Shown here in pieces: positions 25,847 through 35,519 of a stretch of 43,482 nt of DNA. The notes beneath the pieces are model-generated. The model saw nothing but the letters and a program-made list of their open reading frames with translations. It was not told the origin of the DNA and did no database searches. This stretch comes from Candidatus Latescibacterota bacterium (lineage in GTDB: Bacteria; Latescibacterota; UBA2968): the NCBI GenBank assembly GCA_038279365.1, contig JAYODI010000051.1, positions 1 to 43,482 on the forward strand. The letters are read 5' to 3'. The first letter of the stretch is position 1. The number at the start of each line of letters is the position of its first letter. The position numbers and the translations under genes were made by a program.

Positions 25847-26428
25847 ATGTCTTATACAGAAGAAAAAGACCTGGTCCGCCGCACATTACGCGGAGACATC
25901 GACGCTTTTTCCAACCTCTATCAACGGCATCACGCTCGCATTTTAGCCACCCTGATCGGACGCACCAGAAACAGAGACGATGCTGAAGATCTGATGCAAA
26001 TTACTTTTTTGCGAGCCTATCGTGGTTTATCTGGTTTCCGGGGTGAAGCTGCATTTTCAACCTGGCTGATGCAAATTGCACTCAATGTGTGTACGACCCA
26101 CCTGCGCGCCAAACAAGCACGTCGCTCGTGGCAAGACACCATCGAAAGCCCCCACTTGGGCTTTCGCGATCAGTGGGAACCCGCCAAAACAGAACGCCCA
26201 GATGACGCATTAAACCGCAAAGAATACCGCGAAATGATTCAACTGGGCATTGATGACCTCCCCCAACAATATCGCGAAGCCGTTTGGATGCGCTATGTGC
26301 ATGACCGGTCTTATGCCGAAATTGCCGACGAGTTGCAAGTGCCCATGGGCACCCTTAAAACGTGGTTGTATCGGGCTCGCAACCACCTGCAAGAACGCTT
26401 TGAAGGCTCCGAACTCGCCGCAATGTAA
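25847..26428 (+). CDS. ECF sigma factor (sigma-70 family, group 4)
   Basis: GDIDAF..LY..H, DAEDLMQ.TF.RAYR.L..FRG.AAFSTWL..IA.N (region 2); LP.QYRE...MRY....SYAEIA..L.VP.GT.KT.L.RAR (region 4). Confidence 0.95.
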   Translation: MSYTEEKDLVRRTLRGDIDAFSNLYQRHHARILATLIGRTRNRDDAEDLMQITFLRAYRGLSGFRGEAAFSTWLMQIALNVCTTHLRAKQARRSWQDTIESPHLGFRDQWEPAKTERPDDALNRKEYREMIQLGIDDLPQQYREAVWMRYVHDRSYAEIADELQVPMGTLKTWLYRARNHLQERFEGSELAAM

Positions 26429-26463
26429 TCCATAAGATCTAAGAACATATGAGAAGCAATCCA

Positions 26464-26495
26464 AAGCCGTCGGTTATAACAACCGACGGCTTCTT
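26464..26495 (+). terminator. Terminator after the ECF sigma gene
   Basis: Perfect 12-bp stem AAGCCGTCGGTT-ATAAC-AACCGACGGCTT followed by CTT. Confidence 0.75.
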
Positions 26496-26552
26496 CGTGT
26501 CCGATAATGAACACCACCATATCATTAAATAACAGGTTAAAATACACCTCAA

Positions 26553-26641
26553 TATGAACAACTTCATTAAACTACGAAAAATTTCGTTGACATTACGAAA
26601 TACTTCGTATATCTTTCAAGCAAAATACGAACACCTTCGTA
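26553..26641 (+). promoter_or_regulatory. blaI promoter with four palindromic operator sites
   Basis: TTGACA (26587)-17 bp-TATCTT (26610). TACGAA-N4-TTCGTA-type sites at 26573, 26594 and 26626; variant TATGAA-N4-TTCATT at 26553. Confidence 0.85.
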
Positions 26642-26663
26642 AATAAACACCCGAGGTCTAAAC

Positions 26664-27047
26664 ATGAGCACACAACCAAAACCCACTGATTCAGAACTCA
26701 ACATTCTCAAAATACTTTGGGAAAAAGGTCCACTCACCGTACGCGAGGTCCACGAAGCGTTAAATAACACCCGTCAAACGGGTTATACCACAACACTTAA
26801 ACTGATGCAAATTATGATCGAAAAAAAACTGGTCAAACGCGATAAATCTCAACGTGCCCATATTTATGAAGCACAAATTCAACAACAAGACACCCAACAG
26901 CACCTTGTAAAAAACCTCTTAGACCAGGTCTTTAGCGGATCAACCACAAGTTTGGTCATGCAGGCCCTATCAACAAAAAAGGCATCTGCCGAAGAAATCG
27001 AGCAAATTCGCAAAATGCTCGATGACTACGAAGGAGGCACACCTTGA
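26664..27047 (+). CDS. blaI: BlaI/MecI/CopY family transcriptional repressor
   Basis: PTDSEL.ILKILWEKGP.TVREVH...GYTTTLKLMQIM.EK.LV.RD...RAHIY, F.GS...LVMQAL. Confidence 0.93.
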   Translation: MSTQPKPTDSELNILKILWEKGPLTVREVHEALNNTRQTGYTTTLKLMQIMIEKKLVKRDKSQRAHIYEAQIQQQDTQQHLVKNLLDQVFSGSTTSLVMQALSTKKASAEEIEQIRKMLDDYEGGTP

Positions 27048-30000
27048 ATACCATCCATCTTATATTCTCACAAATAGATATTAATGCATTAGGTTGGACA
27101 TTGGTGCATTTTTTGTGGCAAGGAACTGCCATTGCTCTGCTCCTCAAATGTGCCAATTTGCTATCAAACAACGCCCATGTGCGTTATGTTTTTTCTTGTT
27201 TTGCCCTTTGCTTAATGATGTCCGCTCCGATCATCACCTTCTCATTGTTGTATACCCCCAAGCCAGTTGTGCAACACATGTATGCTATACTCTCACCCAT
27301 GCCACAACCAACCCCATCTTCCGAACAGATAAATCCACCATCAATTATACAGACTCCCAAATTTCGATCTCCCAGTAATCCTCAACTCCAAATAATAACA
27401 CCAAGTCCACAACCAACATATCGACCACAACCAACTCGGTCTCAACACTTAACAAATACACTTAACCAAAACCTCTTTTGGTTTGTAAACCTATGGTTCT
27501 TTGGTGTTGCGTTCTTATCTTTGCGGCTCTTATACATCTGGTTGCACACCCAACACCTCAAACACAAACACATTCAACCCGTTCACAAAGATTGGGAAGA
27601 TCGTTTAAAACATCTCCTTCACCGTCTTAAAATACACCAAAAGGTGCGCCTTCTCGAATCTACCATTGCCCAATCACCCATGGTTATTGGTTGGTTCAAA
27701 CCAGTGATACTCATCCCCACCAGCACATTCTTAGGCCTCACACAACAACAAATCGAAACCATCCTCATTCACGAATTGGCACATATTCGTCGATACGACT
27801 ACCTCATCAACCTACTTCAAACACTTGTTGAAACTGTGCTCTTTTATCACCCAGCCGTTTGGTGGGTGTCTCGCCAAATGCGCATCGAGCGCGAACACTG
27901 TTGCGACGATCTCACCCTTGCCACCTGCGGCAACGCCATCACCTACGCACGTGCACTAACACAATTAGAAACACACCGTCAACACACCGCTATTGCAGCA
28001 AGTGGTGGCAACCTACGCCAACGTATTCAACGCATACTCTCAGCCCAACCAAAACAAACGCATCAAATGCGCACACCCTTTGGCACTGGGTTAATCATCG
28101 TAATAATGGGCATCACATTCTTATTCGCATTTAACACAACATCGTCACCCAAAATAGAAGCCGCGACTCCATTCAAAAACCTTGAGCAAATCACATCCGC
28201 AGACAGCGCCATTGCCCACGTCAAAAACAGATACATGGCCTTCGACTTTGAAGCCGGTTTTATTGAAGGCGAACAATTGCAAAAACGTTTTCCAATATCA
28301 TCCGAACTCAAAGCATGGACCATTTGGAACATGGCCAGAACGGGATCCAATTTTGCGGCTGTTGCAGATGCCGAGAAAATGATCCAAGACAATGAAAATG
28401 ACCCTTGGGGATGGTATGCTCTCACAGGTGCATTGGGTTATTCCGAACATAAAGGGGAATTACGCACACGAGCCTATCAAGCCCATAAAAAATTCTTAGC
28501 AATAAACCCTACTTATCCAGACTCGATATGGTTTATTGCCACCGCCACACATCGTCAATTTGACTTCAAAAAAGACCAAGTCATTCCCTATGTTGACGCC
28601 TATGTGCACACCGCTCCCAATCCCGATTATTTGCTCACACTCAAAGGGTTCATTTTGGGATGGATGGCCAAAAGAAAAAACATACATCCCGTGGAATCGC
28701 GGCGTCGTTTTGCAGCTGCTTTAAATGCTTTCGAAAAAGCACGTCTCATCAACCCTCAAAATGTGTGGGCCTATCATCTGCCAGGTATCATATATGCTGA
28801 AAACAACAGGCACGCGGAAGCAAGCATTTTATTTGAAAAAGCACTCAAAATTTCTCCCAAAGCGCCATATATATGCGAAATGTATCTACGTAGCTTATAT
28901 CAAAGTGCCAGACCAGAAAAATACAAAAAGCTACTTGCAGAAGCCGTCATAGATACCATGCTCCAAGGCCGAGAAACATATCCACAAACATACCATACCG
29001 CCATGCGCAACTACGGTAGATTTGGACTGCCTCAAAAAATTGAACAACTTGAAGAATATATCCTACAAAATCAACCCAACCATTCACTTGCAGAAGGAAT
29101 TCTAGACAGACGCAACAACATCAGAGTCTACGGAATCTCTCCTCACCCCATCACCTCATTAGAAGTATCACTTCACAATTTAGAACAAATGTCATTATCT
29201 ATTCTATTAAACGACACCGTTACAGATTCTGTAAAACATCCGCAATGGAAACCATTCACTGAACAGCCATTTCACAAAAAAATCTATTCCTTTTTTATTA
29301 ACACCACACTTAAAGATTCCACCGAACACCCACAATTGATACGCTCTCCAGAACCACAACTTGATCAAGTAATCGTTTCTGTAAGCGGTCAAAAAAAACA
29401 TTTCTTCTTTAAAAATGAAATGATACCACGCACACTTATAGGCCCTAACACATTCGAAGACTTCACCACAAATCTTCAAAATGCAGCCTATCAACCTCAA
29501 ATGTCACATGACAGTTTATTCACCATTGTCAAACGAACCATGACACTTAAAGTGCCCCAAGCCTATAGTTATCAATGGCGAGCCATCATTGCCTTCCTCG
29601 ACAGAAACGCATTATTGAGAGAATCCGATATAACACCTTTTGACAACCAAGTTGCCTATGACAACCAAATCGAATCCTTTGCCCAACAAATTATCGCACA
29701 GGCCCACAACCAAACAGACACCACAGAGGCAAAACACATTCAAGCTTTGGGATATGATGCGTTGGGATGGCTCCATCTCAAAGAAAGACGATGGGAAGAA
29801 GCCCAAATTGCTTTAGAAAAAGCACGTGACCTTGATTCCAATGGCACCATTTTATATCATCTGGGCAAATACCATGAAAAAATGAATGAACCAGAACGCG
29901 CAGAGCAATATTATGCACAAGGCGTTCTGGCATCACTTGGAACAGACCAGACCGAATGGGCACTTAGAAGGTTATACAATCAAAAGAATCGCAACCTTGG

Positions 30001-30085
30001 AAGTGAACCTGCACACGGCTTTTATGCCCACTTAGAACAGCTCGCCTTTGAAAAATTGGATGGCCTATTCTCTGAAACACAATAG
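27044..30085 (+). CDS. BlaR1-like M56 membrane metallopeptidase with large C-terminal TPR-containing domain
   Basis: LGWTLVHFLWQG, HELAHIRRYD, HPAVWW....RIEREHCCDD; TM near aa 347-363, then TPR-like repeats; overlaps the blaI stop. Confidence 0.9.
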   Translation: MNTIHLIFSQIDINALGWTLVHFLWQGTAIALLLKCANLLSNNAHVRYVFSCFALCLMMSAPIITFSLLYTPKPVVQHMYAILSPMPQPTPSSEQINPPSIIQTPKFRSPSNPQLQIITPSPQPTYRPQPTRSQHLTNTLNQNLFWFVNLWFFGVAFLSLRLLYIWLHTQHLKHKHIQPVHKDWEDRLKHLLHRLKIHQKVRLLESTIAQSPMVIGWFKPVILIPTSTFLGLTQQQIETILIHELAHIRRYDYLINLLQTLVETVLFYHPAVWWVSRQMRIEREHCCDDLTLATCGNAITYARALTQLETHRQHTAIAASGGNLRQRIQRILSAQPKQTHQMRTPFGTGLIIVIMGITFLFAFNTTSSPKIEAATPFKNLEQITSADSAIAHVKNRYMAFDFEAGFIEGEQLQKRFPISSELKAWTIWNMARTGSNFAAVADAEKMIQDNENDPWGWYALTGALGYSEHKGELRTRAYQAHKKFLAINPTYPDSIWFIATATHRQFDFKKDQVIPYVDAYVHTAPNPDYLLTLKGFILGWMAKRKNIHPVESRRRFAAALNAFEKARLINPQNVWAYHLPGIIYAENNRHAEASILFEKALKISPKAPYICEMYLRSLYQSARPEKYKKLLAEAVIDTMLQGRETYPQTYHTAMRNYGRFGLPQKIEQLEEYILQNQPNHSLAEGILDRRNNIRVYGISPHPITSLEVSLHNLEQMSLSILLNDTVTDSVKHPQWKPFTEQPFHKKIYSFFINTTLKDSTEHPQLIRSPEPQLDQVIVSVSGQKKHFFFKNEMIPRTLIGPNTFEDFTTNLQNAAYQPQMSHDSLFTIVKRTMTLKVPQAYSYQWRAIIAFLDRNALLRESDITPFDNQVAYDNQIESFAQQIIAQAHNQTDTTEAKHIQALGYDALGWLHLKERRWEEAQIALEKARDLDSNGTILYHLGKYHEKMNEPERAEQYYAQGVLASLGTDQTEWALRRLYNQKNRNLGSEPAHGFYAHLEQLAFEKLDGLFSETQ

Positions 30086-30093
30086 ATTTAAAC

Positions 30094-30123
30094 TTGACCC
30101 ACCCTTTTCAATCGCGGTATATT
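30094..30123 (+). promoter_or_regulatory. Possible sigma70 promoter for the PilZ gene
   Basis: TTGACC-18 bp-TATATT. Confidence 0.45.
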
Positions 30124-30164
30124 AAGGCGTTCGTTATAACCCTCCCCACAACTAGGAGCGTCTT

Positions 30165-30428
30165 ATGCTCGTTGATGATCGCCGCGAAAATGAACGTTTA
30201 CGAATGTGTTTGCCATTACAAGTCGTTGCAGACAATGGAGAACTGGTCGATTTAGAAATCATAGACATGAGCGCCGACGGCCTGCGTGTCAAAGGTGATG
30301 CGCTCTCTATTTTCTCGCAAGAAGGTGATGGCAAACAAGTGAATTTTGAATTGCGCATCTCTGCCAAACTCGCCTGGATCGAACCTCAAAAAGATGGCAC
30401 CTTTGAATTGGGATTAAAATTGAAATAA
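30165..30428 (+). CDS. Stand-alone PilZ-domain protein (c-di-GMP receptor)
   Basis: RRENER (RxxxR) and DMSADG (DxSxxG); AGGAG RBS. Confidence 0.85.
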   Translation: MLVDDRRENERLRMCLPLQVVADNGELVDLEIIDMSADGLRVKGDALSIFSQEGDGKQVNFELRISAKLAWIEPQKDGTFELGLKLK

Positions 30429-30452
30429 TCGCCCAATACCATAAACACGATC

Positions 30453-30487
30453 AAAGCCTTAGAGAACACACCCTCTAAGGCTTTTTT
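30453..30487 (+). terminator. Intrinsic terminator after the PilZ gene
   Basis: AAAGCCTTAGAG-N8-CTCTAAGGCTTTTTT. Confidence 0.85.
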
Positions 30488-30571
30488 CTTTGACATTCGG
30501 CCCATGTGAAGCAATTATATATGTGTGCTTTTAAACATTCCCACACAAAACATATTCCTCAGAGGTCTACA

Positions 30572-31063
30572 ATGTCTTTCAAAACCACCGACTTATGCGA
30601 CGCCTTTGAAACCGATCCATCTTTACAAGTCGTTGAACCACTCTTTAACGATTATGGGGGCATTACCACATTTTGTGGCCCCATTGCCACCGTCAAAGTA
30701 TTTGAAGACAATGTTCTCGCTCGCCAAATGCTCGAAACCCCTGGCGATGGCAAAGTGCTTGTCATTGATGGCGAAAACTCCACGTGGTGCGCACTCTTAG
30801 GGGATCAAGTGGCCGAAATCGCTGCCAAAAATGGCTGGGCAGGTATCGTCATAAACGGCGGCATTCGCGATGCAGAAGATGTGGCCAAATTCGAAATTGG
30901 CGTTAAAGCCCGCTTTACAGTGCCCCGTCGCAGCCGCAAAGATGGCAACGGACGACAAAACGTCCCCCTCGCATTTGCGGGTGTCACATTTTTACCTGGC
31001 AATTATCTCTATGCCGACAAAGATGGAATACTGGTTGCCAAACAAGACTTGCTCAAAAAATAA
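30572..31063 (+). CDS. rraA: RraA family protein (RNase E regulator / HMG aldolase-like)
   Basis: TTDLCDA, F.GPIATVKVFEDN, VLVIDG, ALLGD, NGWAGIVING.IRD, YADKDG. Confidence 0.88.
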   Translation: MSFKTTDLCDAFETDPSLQVVEPLFNDYGGITTFCGPIATVKVFEDNVLARQMLETPGDGKVLVIDGENSTWCALLGDQVAEIAAKNGWAGIVINGGIRDAEDVAKFEIGVKARFTVPRRSRKDGNGRQNVPLAFAGVTFLPGNYLYADKDGILVAKQDLLKK

Positions 31064-31065
31064 TC

Positions 31066-32070
31066 ATGTCAGAGCCCACGCCCGATTTATTCTTTGAAAC
31101 CGTCAAAGCCTATCAAAGTACTGCGGCACTCAAAACAGCCATCGAACTTCGTATCTTTGATGCCATAGCCAATGGCCACACCACCCCCAAACAATTGGCC
31201 CAAGCATGTGACGCGGCAAAACGGGGTATCCGTATCTTATGTGATTATCTCACCATCAAAGGTTTTTTGATTAAATCGGGCAATACCTATCAGCTCACCT
31301 TAGATACCCAAACGTATCTCAACTCACAATCACCTCAATATTTAGGATCTGCGGTCACATACTTGTTATCAGCCCCCATGCAAACCGCTTTTCAAAATCT
31401 CACCACAGCTGTTCAAAAAGGCAGTACAGCACTTTCTCAAAATGGTTTTTTGGCACCCGACCACCCCGCCTGGACAGCTTATGCAAAAAGCATGGCACCC
31501 GTCATGCGATTACCCGCAAAACAGTTGGCACAACATCTCGACCCAACAGCCGATCAACCACTTGCCATTTTAGACATTGCCGCAGGACACGGTTTGTTTG
31601 GCCTTGCCTTTGCACAACAAAATCCACACACAACCGTCACCGCATTGGACTGGCCCACTGTGCTCACCGTTGCCCAAACCCATGCGCAAGATTACGGCCT
31701 GTCGAACCAATTTAAAACACTTTCTGGCAATGCATTTGACACCCCCTTTGGCAACCCACACAACATCACCATTCTCGCCAACATCCTTCACCACTTTGCC
31801 CCAAACGCATGCATCGCACTCCTCAAAAAAGTGCACCAAAACCTGCACCCCAATGGGCGGGTGGCCATCCTTGAGTTTATACCCAACGCCAACCGTGTTT
31901 CGCCACCAGAAGAAGCAGCCTTTGCCTTGGTCATGTTGGCCACCACATTAAACGGTGATGTATACACATATGACGAACTCAACAACATGTGTTTACAAGC
32001 CGGTTTTTCTCACACCCACCTTCACGCATTGGGCCAAGGTGAACAACAAGTCGTTATTGGATTTAAATAG
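31066..32070 (+). CDS. SAM-dependent O-methyltransferase (dimerisation domain plus class I MTase)
   Basis: N-terminal ALKTAIEL.IFD.I wHTH, LDIAAGHG SAM motif, ANILHHF. Confidence 0.88.
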   Translation: MSEPTPDLFFETVKAYQSTAALKTAIELRIFDAIANGHTTPKQLAQACDAAKRGIRILCDYLTIKGFLIKSGNTYQLTLDTQTYLNSQSPQYLGSAVTYLLSAPMQTAFQNLTTAVQKGSTALSQNGFLAPDHPAWTAYAKSMAPVMRLPAKQLAQHLDPTADQPLAILDIAAGHGLFGLAFAQQNPHTTVTALDWPTVLTVAQTHAQDYGLSNQFKTLSGNAFDTPFGNPHNITILANILHHFAPNACIALLKKVHQNLHPNGRVAILEFIPNANRVSPPEEAAFALVMLATTLNGDVYTYDELNNMCLQAGFSHTHLHALGQGEQQVVIGFK

Positions 32071-32079
32071 GAGCAAGTC

Positions 32080-33447
32080 ATGGAAAAACCCAAGCGTCCC
32101 AACGTCCTCCTCATCTTAGACGATCAACACAGATTCGACTATCTGGGATGTGCGGGTGCCGAATTTGTTCGCACACCCAACCTCGACAAATTGGCCGCAC
32201 GAGGGGTTCGTTTTACACAATGCACCACCAACAGCCCCGTCTGTGCGCCCGCCCGCATTGGGCTTGCAACAGGTGTACAACCTGCTCGATTGGGATGCAT
32301 TCAAAACAACTGTTATTTACCCCTCAGCCAGGCAACATACTACCAACAACTGCGCAACCACGGCTATCGCGTCGGCTGCATTGGCAAACTCGACTTGGCC
32401 AAACCCGATCATTACAACGGTCGCTATGGCGATCGCCCCAGTGTCTATCAGTGGGGGTTTACCCATCCCGAAGAATGCGAAGGCAAAATGCACGCAGGCA
32501 GTTCACAAACACCCATTGGGCCTTATACCTATTTCCTTGAAGAACAAGGCCTGTTACAAACCTTCTACAACGATTATCGCCTGCGTCAAAAAGAAGGCTG
32601 GGAAACAGCGTGTCACGACTCACCCTTGCCAACCGAAGCATTTGAAGATGCCTACATTGGTCGGCGCGCCGCCGAATGGATCACCAACATTGCCGACGAT
32701 TTCCCATGGCATTTGTTCGTCTCTTTTGTAGGCCCACACGATCCATTTGACCCACCTGCCGAATATGGCCAAAAATATCGCAACGCTACCATGCCACCAC
32801 ACGTGCCAGATGACCTAAATGGCAAACCACAACACATCAAAAATCGCGTTGTGAATGCCTCACCTGAAAAAATAACAGAAACCCGCCGCCAATATTGTGC
32901 CGCCATTGAACTTATTGACGACCAAATTGGCGACATCATCAACGCCTTAGAACAACGCGACCAGCTCGACAACACCTACATCATCTTTGCCAGTGATCAC
33001 GGTGAAATGCTCGGCGATCATGGCCTCTATCAAAAAAGTGTGGCCTACGAACCATCGCTTCGTGTGCCCCTCATTGTTGCTGGCCCAGGCATAGAAGGAG
33101 GGCGCACATCCGATGCACTCGTTGAACTCAGTGACATCAACCCCACCATTTGCGACCTCACCCACACACCCACATTGCCCCACATCGACGCAAGATCGTT
33201 TAAACCTATCTTAGACAACAACGCCAAATCACACCGAACGGAAACCATCAGCACCCTACGTGCATTTCAGTGCATTCGCACAAGCCGCTACAAACTCATT
33301 GTCAACATCAACGACATTCCAGAACTCTATGACATCATTCAAGATCCACACGAATTAAACAACATCGCCCCCAAACAACCCAGTTTGGTCAAAGAACTCT
33401 CCAACCGCCTAAAAGACCGACTGATGGAAAACACGTGGCACCACTAA
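32080..33447 (+). CDS. Cys-type (formylglycine-dependent) sulfatase, choline-sulfatase-like
   Basis: RPNVLLILDDQHR, CAPAR (CxPxR), GPHDP, SDHGEMLGDHG. Confidence 0.93.
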   Translation: MEKPKRPNVLLILDDQHRFDYLGCAGAEFVRTPNLDKLAARGVRFTQCTTNSPVCAPARIGLATGVQPARLGCIQNNCYLPLSQATYYQQLRNHGYRVGCIGKLDLAKPDHYNGRYGDRPSVYQWGFTHPEECEGKMHAGSSQTPIGPYTYFLEEQGLLQTFYNDYRLRQKEGWETACHDSPLPTEAFEDAYIGRRAAEWITNIADDFPWHLFVSFVGPHDPFDPPAEYGQKYRNATMPPHVPDDLNGKPQHIKNRVVNASPEKITETRRQYCAAIELIDDQIGDIINALEQRDQLDNTYIIFASDHGEMLGDHGLYQKSVAYEPSLRVPLIVAGPGIEGGRTSDALVELSDINPTICDLTHTPTLPHIDARSFKPILDNNAKSHRTETISTLRAFQCIRTSRYKLIVNINDIPELYDIIQDPHELNNIAPKQPSLVKELSNRLKDRLMENTWHH

Positions 33448-33848
33448 CAAAAAAAAGACTGTGGCTCATTGGCAACATCATATTTTTAATCCCGCTCGGT
33501 ATCTTTACCAAATACTACGATGGTAGGGCCGCATTTTGGGTCAACGATCATTTTGGCGATATCTTATACGAAGTCTTCTGGTGCTTGGTAGGTGCTCTAT
33601 TTTTTCCTCAAACAACCACCAAGAAAATAATCACCATCGTCTTTATTACCACGTGTTCATTAGAAATTTTACAACTGTGGCAACCCACATTCTTAACCAT
33701 CTTGCGCAATACCTTCATCGGCCATGCCATCTTAGGTTCCAACTTTGACCCCTGGGACTTTCCCCATTATGCACTGGGGGGTTTGATTGCTTTTCAAGGT
33801 TTAAACAAAATCAATACGTCCCCAAAACCACCACATCACAGTATCTAA
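33435..33848 (+). CDS. DUF2809-like membrane protein
   Basis: GDILY, LEILQL.QP.FL..LR.T..G..ILG..FD.WD; hydrophobic. Confidence 0.75.
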   Translation: MAPLTKKRLWLIGNIIFLIPLGIFTKYYDGRAAFWVNDHFGDILYEVFWCLVGALFFPQTTTKKIITIVFITTCSLEILQLWQPTFLTILRNTFIGHAILGSNFDPWDFPHYALGGLIAFQGLNKINTSPKPPHHSI

Positions 33849-33915
33849 ACCACCCATAAATACAAAATGATTGCACGCACAAATCCAATACCCAACAGGC
33901 TTAAAGGACACATCC

Positions 33916-34905
33916 ATGATCTACAACAAACTTGGCAGCACCAACATCAACGTCTCCGTGATTGCACTGGGCTGTTGGCCTTTTGCTGGCGGAGCCGTAT
34001 GGGGCGATCAAGACGACAAGGACTCGATTGCAACCGTACACGCCGCACTTGACGCGGGTATCAATTTCTTTGACACAGCAGAAGGTTATGAAAAAGGTCA
34101 TTCCGAGCGCGTACTTGGGCAAGGTCTTAAAGGCCGTCGCAACGAAGCCATTATTGCCACCAAAGTAAGCGGGGGCAATCTCTCAGCACCAAACATTGTC
34201 AAGGCGTGTGAGCAAAGCCTTCAAAATTTACAAACCGACACCATTGACCTCTACCAAATCCATTGGCCAAACTGGAACATCCCCATCGCAGAAACCTTCA
34301 CGGCCCTCGAAAAACTTCAAGAACAAGGCAAAATACGCACCATCGGCGTCTGCAACTTTGGCCCCATAGACCTCACCGATCTCCTATCTGTTGGCACCAT
34401 TGCCACCAACCAATTGCCCTACAACCTGCTCTGGCGCGTCATTGAACACGAAATTAAACCTATTTGTAACCAACACAATATTGGCATCATTTGCTATAGT
34501 CCTCTCATGCAAGGCTTGCTCACTGGGCGTTATAAAACAGCCAACGAAGTACCCGAAGGCTTGGCACGCACACGTCTATATACAAAAACACGCGCAATGG
34601 CCAAACACGACGATCCCGGTTGTGAAACCGAAGTCTTTGAGGCGCTTAAAGAAATTCAGTCCATATCAGAAGAAATAGACCAACCCATGGCCGCCGTTGC
34701 ACTGGCTTGGGTCAAACAGCAAACCGGCATCACCTCACTCTTGGTCGGTGCACGCAAACCCGAAGAAGTGTCGTGGAACCTGCCAGCCATAGACCTAACC
34801 CTACCCGAAAACATTGTGCAACGTCTTACCTTGGCAACAGAAACAGTGAAAGATAAATTGGGCAACAATCCCGACTTTTGGATGAGTCAATCACGTATGC
34901 GTTAG
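33916..34905 (+). CDS. Aldo/keto reductase
   Basis: GINFFDTAEGY, IATK, IDLYQIHWP, GKIR.IGVCNF, YSPL.QGLLTG. Confidence 0.95.
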   Translation: MIYNKLGSTNINVSVIALGCWPFAGGAVWGDQDDKDSIATVHAALDAGINFFDTAEGYEKGHSERVLGQGLKGRRNEAIIATKVSGGNLSAPNIVKACEQSLQNLQTDTIDLYQIHWPNWNIPIAETFTALEKLQEQGKIRTIGVCNFGPIDLTDLLSVGTIATNQLPYNLLWRVIEHEIKPICNQHNIGIICYSPLMQGLLTGRYKTANEVPEGLARTRLYTKTRAMAKHDDPGCETEVFEALKEIQSISEEIDQPMAAVALAWVKQQTGITSLLVGARKPEEVSWNLPAIDLTLPENIVQRLTLATETVKDKLGNNPDFWMSQSRMR

Positions 34906-34933
34906 AAACAAAAAACACTTGTGCAACGTCCTA

Positions 34934-34962
34934 TTTACAGAACCATACAAAAGCGGTATCTT
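34934..34962 (+). promoter_or_regulatory. Possible sigma70 promoter
   Basis: TTTACA-17 bp-TATCTT upstream of ORF 35083. Confidence 0.45.
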
Positions 34963-35082
34963 TTACCATTCACCAGAACAAACACGCTAATGAGGAGATT
35001 GAGTCATGTTGATTTAAAATGTGATGTCATCCAAGCAGAAACATACCCAAGAAATTTTTTAGACATGACATAGGAGATTCAA

Positions 35083-35427
35083 ATGGCTCATTTAGATATT
35101 CCCAATGCAGAAACGTTTTTTCGCACCTTTGGCGAACTCTTGGCATCGGGCCAAGAAGACAAGCAAATTTCACGCAAATTAAGTTGCCCACGCAGCGAAG
35201 CCAAACGCTTGCGCCAAACATTTCTCGACTTTGAAATTGTTGCACAAGAGACATTCCACCCAGAAAAACTGGACGAATGGTTGGCCTCAGCAGCCGGCCA
35301 ACGCGCCCAAAAACAATGGGAAGGTCAACACCGCCAACAAACAATAGGTGCCGTTGGACGAGGCCCCAAAGGCAGTTTGGCCAAACAAGCCCCTGGCAAG
35401 AAACAATGGAATCGCCAAAAAGTGTAA
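35083..35427 (+). CDS. Hypothetical protein (114 aa, basic C-terminus)
   Basis: AGGAG RBS, own promoter candidate and terminator; no recognisable family. Confidence 0.7.
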   Translation: MAHLDIPNAETFFRTFGELLASGQEDKQISRKLSCPRSEAKRLRQTFLDFEIVAQETFHPEKLDEWLASAAGQRAQKQWEGQHRQQTIGAVGRGPKGSLAKQAPGKKQWNRQKV

Positions 35428-35459
35428 GTTAGATCTGCAACAAAATCACAACACAACGT

Positions 35460-35493
35460 AAAAGGCCAACAGCATTCAGCTGTTGGCCTTTTT
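35460..35493. terminator. Bidirectional terminator
   Basis: AAAAGGCCAACAGC-ATTCA-GCTGTTGGCCTTTTT between convergent genes. Confidence 0.88.
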
Positions 35494-35519
35494 GTGTCCA
35501 CCTTTATAAACAGTCTCCT

